Positions 20,240 to 31,179 of a stretch of 64,000 nt of DNA are shown here, in pieces (the first letter of the stretch is position 1; every line of letters begins with the position of its first letter). This stretch comes from Spirochaetota bacterium. GTDB lineage: Bacteria > Spirochaetota > UBA4802 > UBA5550. The translations under genes and the position numbers were made by a program. The notes beneath the pieces were generated by a model, which had not been told where the DNA came from, did no database searches, and saw only the letters and a program-made list of their open reading frames with translations. The stretch spans positions 288,001 to 352,000 of the forward strand of contig CAXXHB010000003.1 in assembly GCA_963664815.2 (NCBI GenBank), read 5' to 3'.

Positions 20240-21352
20240 GTGTTTATGAATAAAGATAAAGCTAAAATAACCGACAGGAATATCATTGAAGAAGTGTTTC
20301 AGAAACGCTTTAAAGCTTCAAGAGTTTATATTAAAGTATCTGATTTAAATATTCAGACAAGCATTTTTTCTTACATGAATGGTTTAATATTTGCAAAAGC
20401 CCCGGAAGTTGATGAAACATTTATGGATGTTATTTTTTATGTAAGAGATGATGAGGAGGTTTTTTTCTGCCATGCTGCTTTTAAATCTGTAAATCCCGAT
20501 GGGATCCTGATATATGAACCTCTTGATATTCAGATTCTCAGTTTACCCAGAAAGGAGGAGAGGAAGGGAGTGGCGCCAGTTGAGAAAAGTGAAGGGGCTG
20601 TTGTGTATGTTTCAAGTATAATTTCTGATTTTACAATATATGAATGCATTAATCTCTCAAGGAAAAGAGTAGATTTAATTAAGGATGAGCTTTTAAAGAA
20701 ATTACATAATATCTATTCCAATTCAGAAATTGTTCTTTTAAATGACAAACCGAATGATCCCAGAATGTTATATTTTAAGAAGAGAAGAATGCCTTACTAT
20801 ATTAAAAATATAAAAGATTTGGAAGATCCAGAAAAAGTGAATGCTGACCAGTATTTAAAATATTACCGGGAATTTATTTTTAATAAAGAGACAATCGATA
20901 GCAGGTCGAAAATTGTTTCTGAAATATCTGTTCCGCTGCTTTATAAAATGATGATGCCCTTTGGTTATATTAAAGCTTCCAGCCGAAATGAGTTAAATGA
21001 TAAAGATTTTTCTGTTATACGGAAATTCGGCATGTCCTCATCAACCGTTTTTACAAATGATAAACACCTGATAATAAGCTCGGAAGACAGAATAGCGGTT
21101 ACTGATCTTTCATTAAGCGGTCTGGGAATTTTTTTTAAAGAGAAAGTGCTGATTAAACATTTTAAGGAAAACAGTCTGATTATATTCTCCATTTTTCTTC
21201 CGGATAAAAAACAGGCAACCATGCTGTGTGAGGTAAAGAATATTTCTTTGATAAAAAACTATATTTACCGTATCGGATGTGAGATTCTGAATATAGAAGC
21301 GCTGGGTGAGGTTTATTATTCGGAATACCTTGAAGGTATTGAATCAAAGTAA
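20240..21352 (+). CDS. DUF1577-like protein with PilZ motifs
   Basis: RKEER (RxxxR), EISVPLLY..PFGYI and DLSLSG (DxSxxG); size matches the leptospiral DUF1577 family. Confidence 0.75.
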   Translation: MFMNKDKAKITDRNIIEEVFQKRFKASRVYIKVSDLNIQTSIFSYMNGLIFAKAPEVDETFMDVIFYVRDDEEVFFCHAAFKSVNPDGILIYEPLDIQILSLPRKEERKGVAPVEKSEGAVVYVSSIISDFTIYECINLSRKRVDLIKDELLKKLHNIYSNSEIVLLNDKPNDPRMLYFKKRRMPYYIKNIKDLEDPEKVNADQYLKYYREFIFNKETIDSRSKIVSEISVPLLYKMMMPFGYIKASSRNELNDKDFSVIRKFGMSSSTVFTNDKHLIISSEDRIAVTDLSLSGLGIFFKEKVLIKHFKENSLIIFSIFLPDKKQATMLCEVKNISLIKNYIYRIGCEILNIEALGEVYYSEYLEGIESK

Positions 21353-21486
21353 TATGTTAAATCCTTGCTATACATCTGTTTCAAATGGTGAGAGTTTCAG
21401 ATTGTTATAATGTGCAGGAGGGCAGATTGCCTAATACCTTTTCCTCATTGTTTCAAGTGTATCAATTGAACTTATGAGTATCTCCA

Positions 21487-22932
21487 TTAAAAACATTTCT
21501 CTGTTATTTTTGCGCTGTCCCGCAGAATCTTTCGCAGCATCCCTCTGAATATAACAACATGAAACGGGAAAAGACTGTACCAGTAGAACCTGCCGTAGAC
21601 TCCCCAGGGTATAAAATATGCCGTGATAAAGAGTTTATTGTCATCTAACAGAAACTCAAGCCATGCCTTGCCTGGCAGTTTCATCTGTGCAGAGAGCAGC
21701 AGCCTTTTCCCATATACAAGATCAATTACTGTCCAGAAATCTATTGAGTCACCAATACGGAGATTTTCACTTAATCTTCTACCCCGGTTAATACCTGGAC
21801 CGCCGGAGAATTTATCTATTACTCCGCGAATGTTCCAGAGCATGTTCATACTGAGCCATCCCCTTTCTCCTCCTATAGAGACGACAGACTTCCATACACT
21901 GCAGTGATTGAGATTGCTTATATCTGAACTGTATGATGCGACATGGGTGGCGCTTTCAGACAGTTTGGTCTTTTTCCCGGAATGGAACCATGCACTGCTT
22001 CCGTCTGTCCAGTGACTGACAATCTCATTAACCTCTTCCTCTGCAGCACGTTTTATAGATTCCATGTATGATATGGGATGTATATCCGGGTAAAACTTTA
22101 CAGCGTTTTCATTTTTTACGATTGTTTCAGTCTTAAGACCGGCAACAAGTGAGGATGCAAGTCTGAACGGGACAGGAGTAATAAAAACCAGCCAGTATGA
22201 GGAGAATTTGGGAGAAAAAAAAGGGAATGGTATAATCAGCCTGCTGAGAGAATAAAATTCAGCAGCTTTCTTCAACATATCAAGAAAGGTCAGTCTCTCT
22301 CCCCCTATATCAATTATGGTATTTCCACTGAATTTTATTTTAAGAGCTCGGGTGAGGTATTCTATTACGTCATCTATCGCAACTGGCTGGGTAAGTGTTC
22401 TTACCCACGCAGGTGCGATCATTACAGGGATCTTCTGCACAATGTTTTTAATAATCTCGTAACTCGCACCACCTGCGCCGATTATGACTGCGGCACGGAA
22501 CCATATTGTTTCAATCTGTTCCGGGTATAGAGAGAGTATCTCCCCCGTCTCATGCCTGCTCGCAAGATGTTTGCTGGCGGAGTCTTTTTCGCCGAGACCA
22601 CCCAGGTAGATTACACGTTTTACACCTGCGTTGAGGCACTCTTCGATGAAGTTCCTTGCGCTTATCCTGTCAAGCTCGGTGAAGTCCTTTTTCTTTGACC
22701 TCATTGAATGTATCAGGTAGTATGCGGTATCGATACCGTGCAGTGCCTTTTTAAGCACATTGCGATTAAAAGTGTTCCCTTCGACAATCTCAACCTTTGA
22801 GGTGATTTCTTTTTCAATCTGTCTTCTGTCTGTAACCAGCAGGCGTAGATTTATATTTTCACCTGAGTTCAGCAGGCTGTGTTTAAGTCTTCTGCCTATA
22901 TAGCCGGTTGAACCTGTAAGTAGTATATTCAT
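21487..22932 (-). CDS. SDR-like NAD(P)-binding oxidoreductase with DUF2867 (YbjT-like)
   Basis: LLTGSTGYIG, AYYLIHSM, IYLGGLG, MKLPGKAWLEF and GRFYWY..PFH motifs. Confidence 0.9.
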   Translation of the reverse strand: MNILLTGSTGYIGRRLKHSLLNSGENINLRLLVTDRRQIEKEITSKVEIVEGNTFNRNVLKKALHGIDTAYYLIHSMRSKKKDFTELDRISARNFIEECLNAGVKRVIYLGGLGEKDSASKHLASRHETGEILSLYPEQIETIWFRAAVIIGAGGASYEIIKNIVQKIPVMIAPAWVRTLTQPVAIDDVIEYLTRALKIKFSGNTIIDIGGERLTFLDMLKKAAEFYSLSRLIIPFPFFSPKFSSYWLVFITPVPFRLASSLVAGLKTETIVKNENAVKFYPDIHPISYMESIKRAAEEEVNEIVSHWTDGSSAWFHSGKKTKLSESATHVASYSSDISNLNHCSVWKSVVSIGGERGWLSMNMLWNIRGVIDKFSGGPGINRGRRLSENLRIGDSIDFWTVIDLVYGKRLLLSAQMKLPGKAWLEFLLDDNKLFITAYFIPWGVYGRFYWYSLFPFHVVIFRGMLRKILRDSAKITEKCF

Positions 22933-22966
22933 TTTTTAGCTTTCCCTTTAGAAAAACATCTTCATA

Positions 22967-23095
22967 TTAAAGCAGAAGTTCCATAAAGTTATTGTAAATT
23001 CTTTTCTCGTCGAAAAGAGTGATATCATTTATTATGCCTCCGGCCATATCAGAATATTCACCGGCAAAGTAACAGTAAGCGGCATTGTTTTTCAT
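22967..23095 (-). CDS. Possible 42-aa small protein
   Basis: SD GAGGGG followed by MKNNAAYCYFAGEYSDMAGGIINDITLFDEKRIYNNFMELLL; co-oriented with and between two genes. Confidence 0.35.
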   Translation of the reverse strand: MKNNAAYCYFAGEYSDMAGGIINDITLFDEKRIYNNFMELLL

Positions 23096-23126
23096 ATCCC
23101 CTCGCATCTTGATGGATTATATTTTT

Positions 23127-23705
23127 TTATTGCAGCTTTCTCAGCAATGCTGTCCGGCTCAGAGATATTTTCGGCTTATATACTACACTGAAGCCGGCAT
23201 CGATAAGTATTTTGATTGATTCGTCGAATTTTTTTCTGTTTACATGGATTTTCGGTTCGGCAATAAGAATGGCGGCGCCTGGTTTTATCACAGATTCAAT
23301 TTCTCTGATGAAAACCTTTTTATTATTTACCTCGTGATACATCCAGAAGAGTAATACGAAGTTGAATTTTTCTTCAAGTGAAAAGTTTATTCCGTCATAT
23401 AGTTTTATTTCAACGTTAGAGGTATTTTTTAAATCAGCTTTTTTCTTAAGTCTCTTCAGCATCTTATCCTGTATGTCAAGTGCAACAACCTTTCCCCCTG
23501 TACCGGTAATCTCAGACATGGGGAATGTAAAATAACCCATGCCGGGTCCTATATCGAGAACGGTGTCCCCGGGTTTTACATATCCTTCGAGTAGTCTGTA
23601 AGGATTCTGAACCAATCGCCTTAATGGATTATCAAAGGTAAAGCATAGCCACCACGGGCATGTATGATCTGCTTTTGAAAATAATCTCCCGATTACGTTA
23701 TTCAT
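23127..23705 (-). CDS. Class I SAM-dependent methyltransferase
   Basis: CPWW..FDNPLRRL, VLDIGPGMGYF, ALDIQ and HEV motifs. Confidence 0.9.
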   Translation of the reverse strand: MNNVIGRLFSKADHTCPWWLCFTFDNPLRRLVQNPYRLLEGYVKPGDTVLDIGPGMGYFTFPMSEITGTGGKVVALDIQDKMLKRLKKKADLKNTSNVEIKLYDGINFSLEEKFNFVLLFWMYHEVNNKKVFIREIESVIKPGAAILIAEPKIHVNRKKFDESIKILIDAGFSVVYKPKISLSRTALLRKLQ

Positions 23706-23823
23706 AATTAAATCCTCACTTGTATACGTTATATATTTCGAAACAATCAATAATAACTCCCTTACTTCTATAAGTAAAAGACATTGCTTACTAAAATAAT
23801 TTTCATTATGCTATAATGTCCAT

Positions 23824-25479
23824 TCAGGAAATATCGGTTTCAAATGTTATAATATACTCTGTGCCGCTGTTTCTGTCAACCATTATGGAGCCGTGAATCT
23901 GCTCTACAAGCATGGCGACCAGCTGGAGGCCGAAGCCTGTTGTATTATTAAATGTTATAAATTCAGGGAGACCGACTCCATTGTCGCGGTAGATAATTGT
24001 AACAAGACTGTCTTTTTTTAAAGCGCAGAGATATATAGATCCGTTTTCTCTTCCGCTGAAGGCATATTTCATGGAGTTGGTTATCAATTCGTTAATAATT
24101 ATGCCAATTGGTGAAAGATCTTCAACTCTTAATACAAAGTCCTGGATATCGATCTCTGCTTCTATTGGAACAGATTCCCGGAATAAACCGGTTATCTCCA
24201 TGGCAAGGCCCGGGAGAAATTCTTTAATGCTTAACTCCCGGTAATTATCCGATCTGTAGAGCTTGTCGTAAAGCATCATCATACTCTGAACACGGTTTGC
24301 CGCATCGGTAAGGATCTCTGTACAGAGCGGGTTTTCCTGTTTGTCTCCCTGCAGGAGAAGCAGAGCTCTTATGGTATTCATATTGTTTTTTATGCGGTGA
24401 TGAACCTCTTTCAGAATAAGTTCCTTTTCCTGAAGAAGATTCCTGATTTTCTTTTCGTCCTTTTTGCGGCCGGATATATCGCTGAAGCTTGATAGAATAC
24501 ATTTTTTATTGTTGATTGTTATCAGATCAGCCGAGAGAAGACCGGTAATTGTTTCCCCTGTTTTTTTCTTTGCTTTTATCTCAAAATCATGTATTATATC
24601 ATTATCGGCAAGGCGGCTTATTATTTTTGCACCATCTTTGTTGTTTACAAGAAGTCCGAGATCCGGTATGGTTTTACCTGTTAACTCTCCATTACTGTAA
24701 CCGCTTGTTTTTATAAAACCGTCATTGACCTCCAGTATTTTCCCGTCGGGATAATCTGTAAGAAGAATTGCATAAGGAGATGAATGAAAGGCCTTGATGT
24801 ATTTTTCCTCCTGTATCTTAACTTCTTCAAGAAGACGCCTTGTAACCATAAGAATAAGGGAGATTGTTAAACATATATGAAGTGACAGGTAGATTGCCAG
24901 CGTTATGGAATCAACAAATCCTGATTTGAAAAAATCATTTGTATCAGCGGGAAAAATAATATGCAGGCATGTTCGGATGATGCTGAATGTTGCATAACCA
25001 CTAACTATAAAACCGGATATACGGGTTATTTTAAACAGTTCCGATGGAACTCTGTACAGGAGGAGCCACGATATCTGGAGAGCAAAGATTACTATAGTTG
25101 AAGAAATGATAATCTCCCTGTGGGTGAAGTCGGGTGTGATTACACCGTAATATGTATATGTGAAAAAAAAGATCAGAAGTATAATATAATTGGGAACGCG
25201 AGGTCCTGGTCTATTGAGAAATAATTCCAGCCCGATTAAAAGGAAAACCGATCCGGCTATAATAAGTGAATTAGACACTACAATTGATATTAAGTCGGGG
25301 ATAATCCCGCGCATAAGGATCAGCCCGATTCCTGAGGTATGCAGGAACATGCAGGTGAGCCAGAAAGATATCCCGGCGAAACGCCTGCGGTACTGCATCC
25401 AGATAATAGTCATTGTTATAACACTGATAATACCCACTACGAAACTGATTAATACGAGTGTTCTTATATCAAAAACCAT
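23824..25479 (-). CDS. Membrane sensor histidine kinase (7TM + PAS + HisKA_2 + HATPase)
   Basis: LKEVHHRIKNN, NELITNSMKYAF, DNGVG and GFGLQLV motifs. Confidence 0.92.
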   Translation of the reverse strand: MVFDIRTLVLISFVVGIISVITMTIIWMQYRRRFAGISFWLTCMFLHTSGIGLILMRGIIPDLISIVVSNSLIIAGSVFLLIGLELFLNRPGPRVPNYIILLIFFFTYTYYGVITPDFTHREIIISSTIVIFALQISWLLLYRVPSELFKITRISGFIVSGYATFSIIRTCLHIIFPADTNDFFKSGFVDSITLAIYLSLHICLTISLILMVTRRLLEEVKIQEEKYIKAFHSSPYAILLTDYPDGKILEVNDGFIKTSGYSNGELTGKTIPDLGLLVNNKDGAKIISRLADNDIIHDFEIKAKKKTGETITGLLSADLITINNKKCILSSFSDISGRKKDEKKIRNLLQEKELILKEVHHRIKNNMNTIRALLLLQGDKQENPLCTEILTDAANRVQSMMMLYDKLYRSDNYRELSIKEFLPGLAMEITGLFRESVPIEAEIDIQDFVLRVEDLSPIGIIINELITNSMKYAFSGRENGSIYLCALKKDSLVTIIYRDNGVGLPEFITFNNTTGFGLQLVAMLVEQIHGSIMVDRNSGTEYIITFETDIS

Positions 25480-25983
25480 ATGTTTTCCTTTGATTGAATA
25501 GCCGGCATATTGATATTAATAAAGATTTTATCATTTGTCAAATGCTGTGCTTAATTCAGATATGAATATTGTTTAATATTATAAGGGATAATCTGTCAAC
25601 GGTGTGATTATATAAAATTCACAATGTAATGCTTGTAATTGTGGTTAAATATAAATTTACAGCGATGATTTATAATATCCTTTTATTCAGACCCTGGTAT
25701 TAAATATTCGGTTCCGTTTTGATTTTATAATTGCCCGGAGATTGCAGATGAACTCTGACTATGGAGCACAAGTTGTATGCTAATGCGTATTTGAGCAATT
25801 TTTTATATTTCACGAGAAGCGGAGATTAATCTTACAGGAGAACTTTTTTAAATGGAGTGAAAAACTATTCTGAATATACTGAAAAAATCTGTAATTTACC
25901 AGCCGGAAAATCAAATAATCACTGGTTTTTCCACTACAGCCGGTTATTATTAAAAGAGAATTATTCCGGTGGAGAGATGATAT

Positions 25984-26358
25984 ATGGCAGCAGAAACTTC
26001 CCCCTATACTGTTACAATACCAGATGGTAAAAGTTATGTTTTAATTATTCTTAATGAACCTATGACACGGGAAATGACCATTAAGTATCTTGATGAGATT
26101 AAAATACTGGGAAAAGAATTACTCAAGCCGCGCTTTCTTTTCGATGCGCGTAAAGCACCAAACGTACGATCTACTCTTAATGACTATGAGATATATGATT
26201 TCTCAGAGGTTTTCGGTTTTCGTGGAGCAAGAATAGGTGTGATAGTAAAACCGGGTGACAGAAGTTATGATTTCACAGATACTGTTGCGCGCAATGCAGG
26301 ATATGACCATCGTCTTTTCACTAATGAACTGGCGGCAATGGAATGGATTGAGTCATAA
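25984..26358 (+). CDS. Hypothetical protein (STAS/SpoIIAA-like fold suspected)
   Basis: SD GGAGAG; FLFDAR..F.DTVARNAG..LFTNELAAMEWI pattern. Confidence 0.65.
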   Translation: MAAETSPYTVTIPDGKSYVLIILNEPMTREMTIKYLDEIKILGKELLKPRFLFDARKAPNVRSTLNDYEIYDFSEVFGFRGARIGVIVKPGDRSYDFTDTVARNAGYDHRLFTNELAAMEWIES

Positions 26359-26377
26359 CAGGTGGCAGATGTTTTTT

Positions 26378-28597
26378 TTAAAACATAAATCCTATATTAA
26401 AATGATAATATATTTTATGATTACTGCCACGGGAGACGCTGACCTGAACAGGTCCGAGAATGCTCAGGTATCCGGTTGTTATTCCGTACCCGTACACTGT
26501 GTTTATATTGCCGGCAAGAACATCTTTCGTTGAGTCTTTTATCCGGGCAACGTTAACTTTTGGAGTGAGATAAAAATTTTTGAATAATTCACATTGTAAG
26601 CCTGTACCGGCGGCATGTATATTTGTACCGGTAGCTTCCATGTAACCGAGGCCTATGAAAGGAAATACAATGTTTTTAACATTGTTCAATCCGCCAATGG
26701 CAAAGTAGTATACCGGTGGTATATCCTCTCCATCTGTCATTCCAAAGAAATGCGTCAATAAAAATGTCAGCCTGGAAAAGACTGGTATGTATATCTCCGT
26801 GTTAAGAAAATAGCGCTGAATGGACGCATCCCCGGTTTCATTTAAAGATAACATGTCGCTTATATGCATGGCCTCGCCATTGAACATTATGCCGGATCTT
26901 GGAAAAAATGCACGATCAATCGTATCAAGATGGAGGAAAAGATAAGGGTTCAGATAGTCTAGGGTACTCTCCGAATATTTTTCCATGGTTATGACATTAT
27001 CAATCCGCATAAATTCTTTTTTAAAACCGAGCCCAAAGTAGAGATTGTGATAGAGGAGCATGTACAAAAATGTATCAAGACCATATGTTCTGAATTCATA
27101 TTCGCCCGATATATCGTTATTAAGATATGAATACACATCAATTCTTTCGTACCAGAGTTTTGCGCCGTAACCAGCTCCAATCGGCCACCCTGTACCTGAA
27201 AGATAAGATGAACGGAAAGCGGGGTTATCTCCAAGTATTGCTTCAAAATCAACGCGGGAACCTTCCCCTGCCACATTTTTAAATTCAGTATTTATAAGAA
27301 TTGCCGCTTTAAGATCGCTGTCATAGCGTAATCCTGCATTTAAAAAATCAACAGCAGTTTCCTCAACCTGTATTATAAGAATATTGTTTTCTTCCTCCCT
27401 GTCTAACCTGTAGGTAACGCTTTTAAAAAATTTGCTCCCCATTGTCCTGGCGATTGCTTTTTCAATATCGTCTGTTGTGATATATGAAGGGATTTTTATC
27501 TGCAGGTTGTTGTCAAGTAACTGGCGGGATACTTTTTTAAGCCCCTCAACTTTAAGTCTGCTGATATATATCTTTTTGATATGTTCATTATCCGGGACGT
27601 TATCCGTCAGATTTTTTTTTACTGGTTCGCTAAATCGGTTCTGACTGTCTGCCAGTAATGTCAGCTCTTTACTATGAAACAAAGCCGCTTTTTCGCCTTT
27701 AGCGATTAATTCAGCAGTTTTATTGAAGTCAGAAGAACTGAATTCATCCAGTTCGGGAGTTATCAGGATATTACAGAGGTTCCGCTGTTTAGCAGTAGAC
27801 TCGGAACCTCGGAAGCTTGTTATCTGGTCGATTATTCCGGGTATTGTTAGCGTCTCGCCTTTCTTATGGAGAGGTGTGCCTACGTCGACACCTATGATAA
27901 CATCAGCTCCCATATCTCTTGCTACAGAAACCGGGAAGTTAAGAATAAGTCCTCCATCTACTAGCAGGCGGCCGTCAATATTAACAGGGGTGAATATTGA
28001 TGGTATTGCCATGCTGGCCCGGAGTGCCGTGGGGAGGTGGCCCTGGTTAAGTATTACCGCTTCCCCGGTATATATGTCGGTTGCAATACAGGCAAAGGGT
28101 ATAGGCAGCGAGTTAAAATCTTTTGTTGACTGAACATTTAGCAGAAGTCTGTTCAGAAACGCATGAAGTCTGACTCCTTCGATTATTCCGGTGATTTCAG
28201 GAGATCCGCTCTTGTTAAACGGAAGCGATATAATGAACCTTCCATCGTTCTGTTTTTCATTGTAGGATAAATCCCTTCTGCTGTTCCTGTCATCCAGATA
28301 TTTTTCCCAGTCAATTGACAGAGCAGTTTTTTCCAGCGCTGCGGCGTTGTAGCCGCTTGAATAAAGTCCTCCCACAAGGCTCCCCATGCTTGTACCAACC
28401 ACATAATCAGCACGAATTCCATATTGTTCCAGCACCTTTATTACACCTATATGAGCAAGCCCACGCGCTCCGCCGCCGCTGAGGACAAGACCTATTCTGG
28501 GACGTCTTATTTCTTTTTTCTCAGCATTGATATCGCTGGAAATGGACATAGTTAAGCAGACCAATATCACTATTGTTAATATATTTGTATGCCGCAT
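26378..28597 (-). CDS. Patatin-like phospholipase with POTRA and Omp85-type barrel (PlpD-like)
   Basis: LSGGGARGLAHIG, GTSMG and LVDGG motifs; POTRA-like VEGLKKVS; barrel ending FNIGFMF. Confidence 0.9.
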   Translation of the reverse strand: MRHTNILTIVILVCLTMSISSDINAEKKEIRRPRIGLVLSGGGARGLAHIGVIKVLEQYGIRADYVVGTSMGSLVGGLYSSGYNAAALEKTALSIDWEKYLDDRNSRRDLSYNEKQNDGRFIISLPFNKSGSPEITGIIEGVRLHAFLNRLLLNVQSTKDFNSLPIPFACIATDIYTGEAVILNQGHLPTALRASMAIPSIFTPVNIDGRLLVDGGLILNFPVSVARDMGADVIIGVDVGTPLHKKGETLTIPGIIDQITSFRGSESTAKQRNLCNILITPELDEFSSSDFNKTAELIAKGEKAALFHSKELTLLADSQNRFSEPVKKNLTDNVPDNEHIKKIYISRLKVEGLKKVSRQLLDNNLQIKIPSYITTDDIEKAIARTMGSKFFKSVTYRLDREEENNILIIQVEETAVDFLNAGLRYDSDLKAAILINTEFKNVAGEGSRVDFEAILGDNPAFRSSYLSGTGWPIGAGYGAKLWYERIDVYSYLNNDISGEYEFRTYGLDTFLYMLLYHNLYFGLGFKKEFMRIDNVITMEKYSESTLDYLNPYLFLHLDTIDRAFFPRSGIMFNGEAMHISDMLSLNETGDASIQRYFLNTEIYIPVFSRLTFLLTHFFGMTDGEDIPPVYYFAIGGLNNVKNIVFPFIGLGYMEATGTNIHAAGTGLQCELFKNFYLTPKVNVARIKDSTKDVLAGNINTVYGYGITTGYLSILGPVQVSVSRGSNHKIYYHFNIGFMF

Positions 28598-28902
28598 AAT
28601 TTTAATTCTCTATGTTCAGAACTGTTCTTTCATGATTAAGGTAAAGTTTGTTGAATATAGTTAATTATCCAGTCTATAAAGATTAAATAGTTGAATTAAT
28701 CCGGCTGTCAAGAATGAATTCCGCGATTTATTTTATAATAGTAAAAACCTTGTTATTTAAATAATTATAAATTTTTATGGTTAATTCCCGGAGGAGCTGT
28801 TCTCCGGTGTTTTCAGGGGAAAATTATAAACAGAAAAAATTTGTATTTTCAAAACAATTGTAATTTATAAAGATGATTTTATTTTTTAAAGGATGTATTA
28901 TC

Positions 28903-29634
28903 ATGATTCAACAGATATTATTTATCTCCTCACTATCTATATTTGACAGTCTTTCAACGACTCAGCAGATTATTGTTTTTATTCTTTTACTGACAACAGA
29001 AAAGCCTGTCAGGAATTCTCTGTTCTATCTTGCAGGACTCTCCGGATCTTATTTTCTGTTTGGTCTGGCAGGGTATGCAGCACTTGATCAGTTAAATATT
29101 TTTTTACAGAAGATTATTCCTTCCGGCAGCAATGTTCCGGACTCTGTTTATTATAAAAGTGAGGTTTTCACAGGAGTGCTTTTTGTCGTTATTGGATTTA
29201 TTTATTATATAAAAAAGAAGAATTCGACTAAGCCTCCAGTAAATAATATTATAATCAAATGGTTGAAAAATATGAATCCGCTTTTTGCATTGGCAGTTGG
29301 TGTTTTTGTTTCACTGACCTGTTTCCCTTTTTCTCTTCCTTACATTGCTGCTCTTGGAAAATTTGCCTGGCTTAAACTCAGTTTTCCGGCAGCATCACTC
29401 TGTATTCTGTTTTATAATATAGGCTATGCTCTGCCTATGATTATCATATTTTTTATATACCTGCATGCCAGGCGTGGTACGGATGAGATTCATGATAAAC
29501 TGCAGATCAGAGCTAAAAGGCTTAATCTTAAACTGACAACCTGGATGTTTGTGGGGATAGGTTTTCTTTCTATCATAGATTCTCTTTTCTTTTTCATTAC
29601 CGGTCATGCATTACTCAAAGGACGATATTTTTAA
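28903..29634 (+). CDS. GAP/Sap-family (LysE-like) membrane protein
   Basis: SIFDSLS, about 6 TM segments, PYIAAL and YNIGYALP. Confidence 0.7.
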   Translation: MIQQILFISSLSIFDSLSTTQQIIVFILLLTTEKPVRNSLFYLAGLSGSYFLFGLAGYAALDQLNIFLQKIIPSGSNVPDSVYYKSEVFTGVLFVVIGFIYYIKKKNSTKPPVNNIIIKWLKNMNPLFALAVGVFVSLTCFPFSLPYIAALGKFAWLKLSFPAASLCILFYNIGYALPMIIIFFIYLHARRGTDEIHDKLQIRAKRLNLKLTTWMFVGIGFLSIIDSLFFFITGHALLKGRYF

Positions 29635-30026
29635 AAACATATTCCTGTCCAGCTCTATGAAGCATTAACTTACAACTTCACCTTTTTTCAGGTAATATCG
29701 CCATTAATTGAAAATAGTCACTATATCCACCTATCAAATAATTATCATTATACTGTTTCTTTATAATTACAGGTTTATATAGTCATAAAAACCACTTTGT
29801 CACAGAAATTATGTATCAGGAAGGCATAATATCTTACAAGGTGTTTAATATAAGTTTTACTCTTATATTAACAGTTTTAATTTTATAAAAAAATACAGTT
29901 TATTCTAAAATATCTAAAAAAAATTATTTACTTAAATGGTCTGATCCTGTATACTAAAACGTCTGGACGGGTTTTTTCAGATGAACAAATATGTATACTT
30001 ACCACACCTTAAGGAAGGAGGAAGTA

Positions 30027-31139
30027 ATGGGAAAATTTAATTACAACAAAGAAGTGCTCGCGAACCTTCGTGTCGACGAGAAGGAAACCCATCTTCTCGA
30101 TAAACTCATAGATTATGAGTCTGCACGTGACGCGCATGCAAAAAAAAATCACGCAGCGGTTGATAAGAGGATGTCTCTCGCGGAAGCAATCAAGACTTAT
30201 GTCAAGGATGGTGATATTCTTGCTGATGTAGGCTTCAGCTATGTAAGAACTCCAATAACAGCCTATTTTGAAATTATTAGACAGGGGATTAAGGGACTTC
30301 AGAACATTGGTTCCCCCGCCACAAGTCAGAGTTACATGATCCCTTTCGGAACTGTAACACATACCCACTGGTCATACTGCGGAGCGGAAATGCGCGGTAC
30401 TGACAGGAACATGTCAAGATGCGTAAAAGAGGGAAAAACCAAGGTTCTTTCTGAATGGAGCCATGGAACAATGGCTCTCGGATTTAAAGCGGCACAGTTG
30501 GGTATTCCGGGGGTTTATTCAAAATCTTTTCTTGGTTCTGATATGGTTAAATACAACCCTTTTGTAAAGGTTGTTGATAATCCTATGAAGGCTGAAAAGG
30601 ATCCATGCGTATTTATCCCCGCGCTATATCCGGATGTTGCGATTATTCATGTTCACCAGGCTGATAAATTCGGGAATGCCCGTATTTACGGACCACTTGT
30701 CAATGATGCTGCAATAGCCGGGGCGGCAAGAAAAGTAATCATCACGGCTGAAGAGATAGTGCCGCCATCTGCTTTCAGAAATGACAACAAGAATGTGGTT
30801 ATACCATTCGTTTATGTGGATGCTGTAGTTGAGCTTCCATATGGCGCGCTGATGGGTTCAATGCCCGGACTGTACTACTGGCCAAGAAGATTGTGGGAAA
30901 AAGCGATGAGGTACTGGACATATACACCCGGAGCTATGGATGATTTCTATAAAACCGTTATCATGGGATGCAAAGATCAGTATGATTTGATTGATAAAAT
31001 TCTTGGCGGTTCCAAATGGATGATGAGTGCGAAGAGACTGACAAAAGCCGCCGAATATGACAACGAGGATGATGGTGTTGATTTCAACTACAAAGAGTGG
31101 ACCAGAGACGATCCGAACCCGGACGATCTGACAACCTAG
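30027..31139 (+). CDS. CoA-transferase subunit A (glutaconate CoA-transferase-like)
   Basis: MSLAEAI..VKDGD, PALYPDVAIIHVHQADKFGN, AARKVIITAEEIV and VDAVVELPYG motifs. Confidence 0.88.
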   Translation: MGKFNYNKEVLANLRVDEKETHLLDKLIDYESARDAHAKKNHAAVDKRMSLAEAIKTYVKDGDILADVGFSYVRTPITAYFEIIRQGIKGLQNIGSPATSQSYMIPFGTVTHTHWSYCGAEMRGTDRNMSRCVKEGKTKVLSEWSHGTMALGFKAAQLGIPGVYSKSFLGSDMVKYNPFVKVVDNPMKAEKDPCVFIPALYPDVAIIHVHQADKFGNARIYGPLVNDAAIAGAARKVIITAEEIVPPSAFRNDNKNVVIPFVYVDAVVELPYGALMGSMPGLYYWPRRLWEKAMRYWTYTPGAMDDFYKTVIMGCKDQYDLIDKILGGSKWMMSAKRLTKAAEYDNEDDGVDFNYKEWTRDDPNPDDLTT

Positions 31140-31179
31140 CAGTGCAAAATCAAACTATCGTTAATAACAGGAGGATAAA

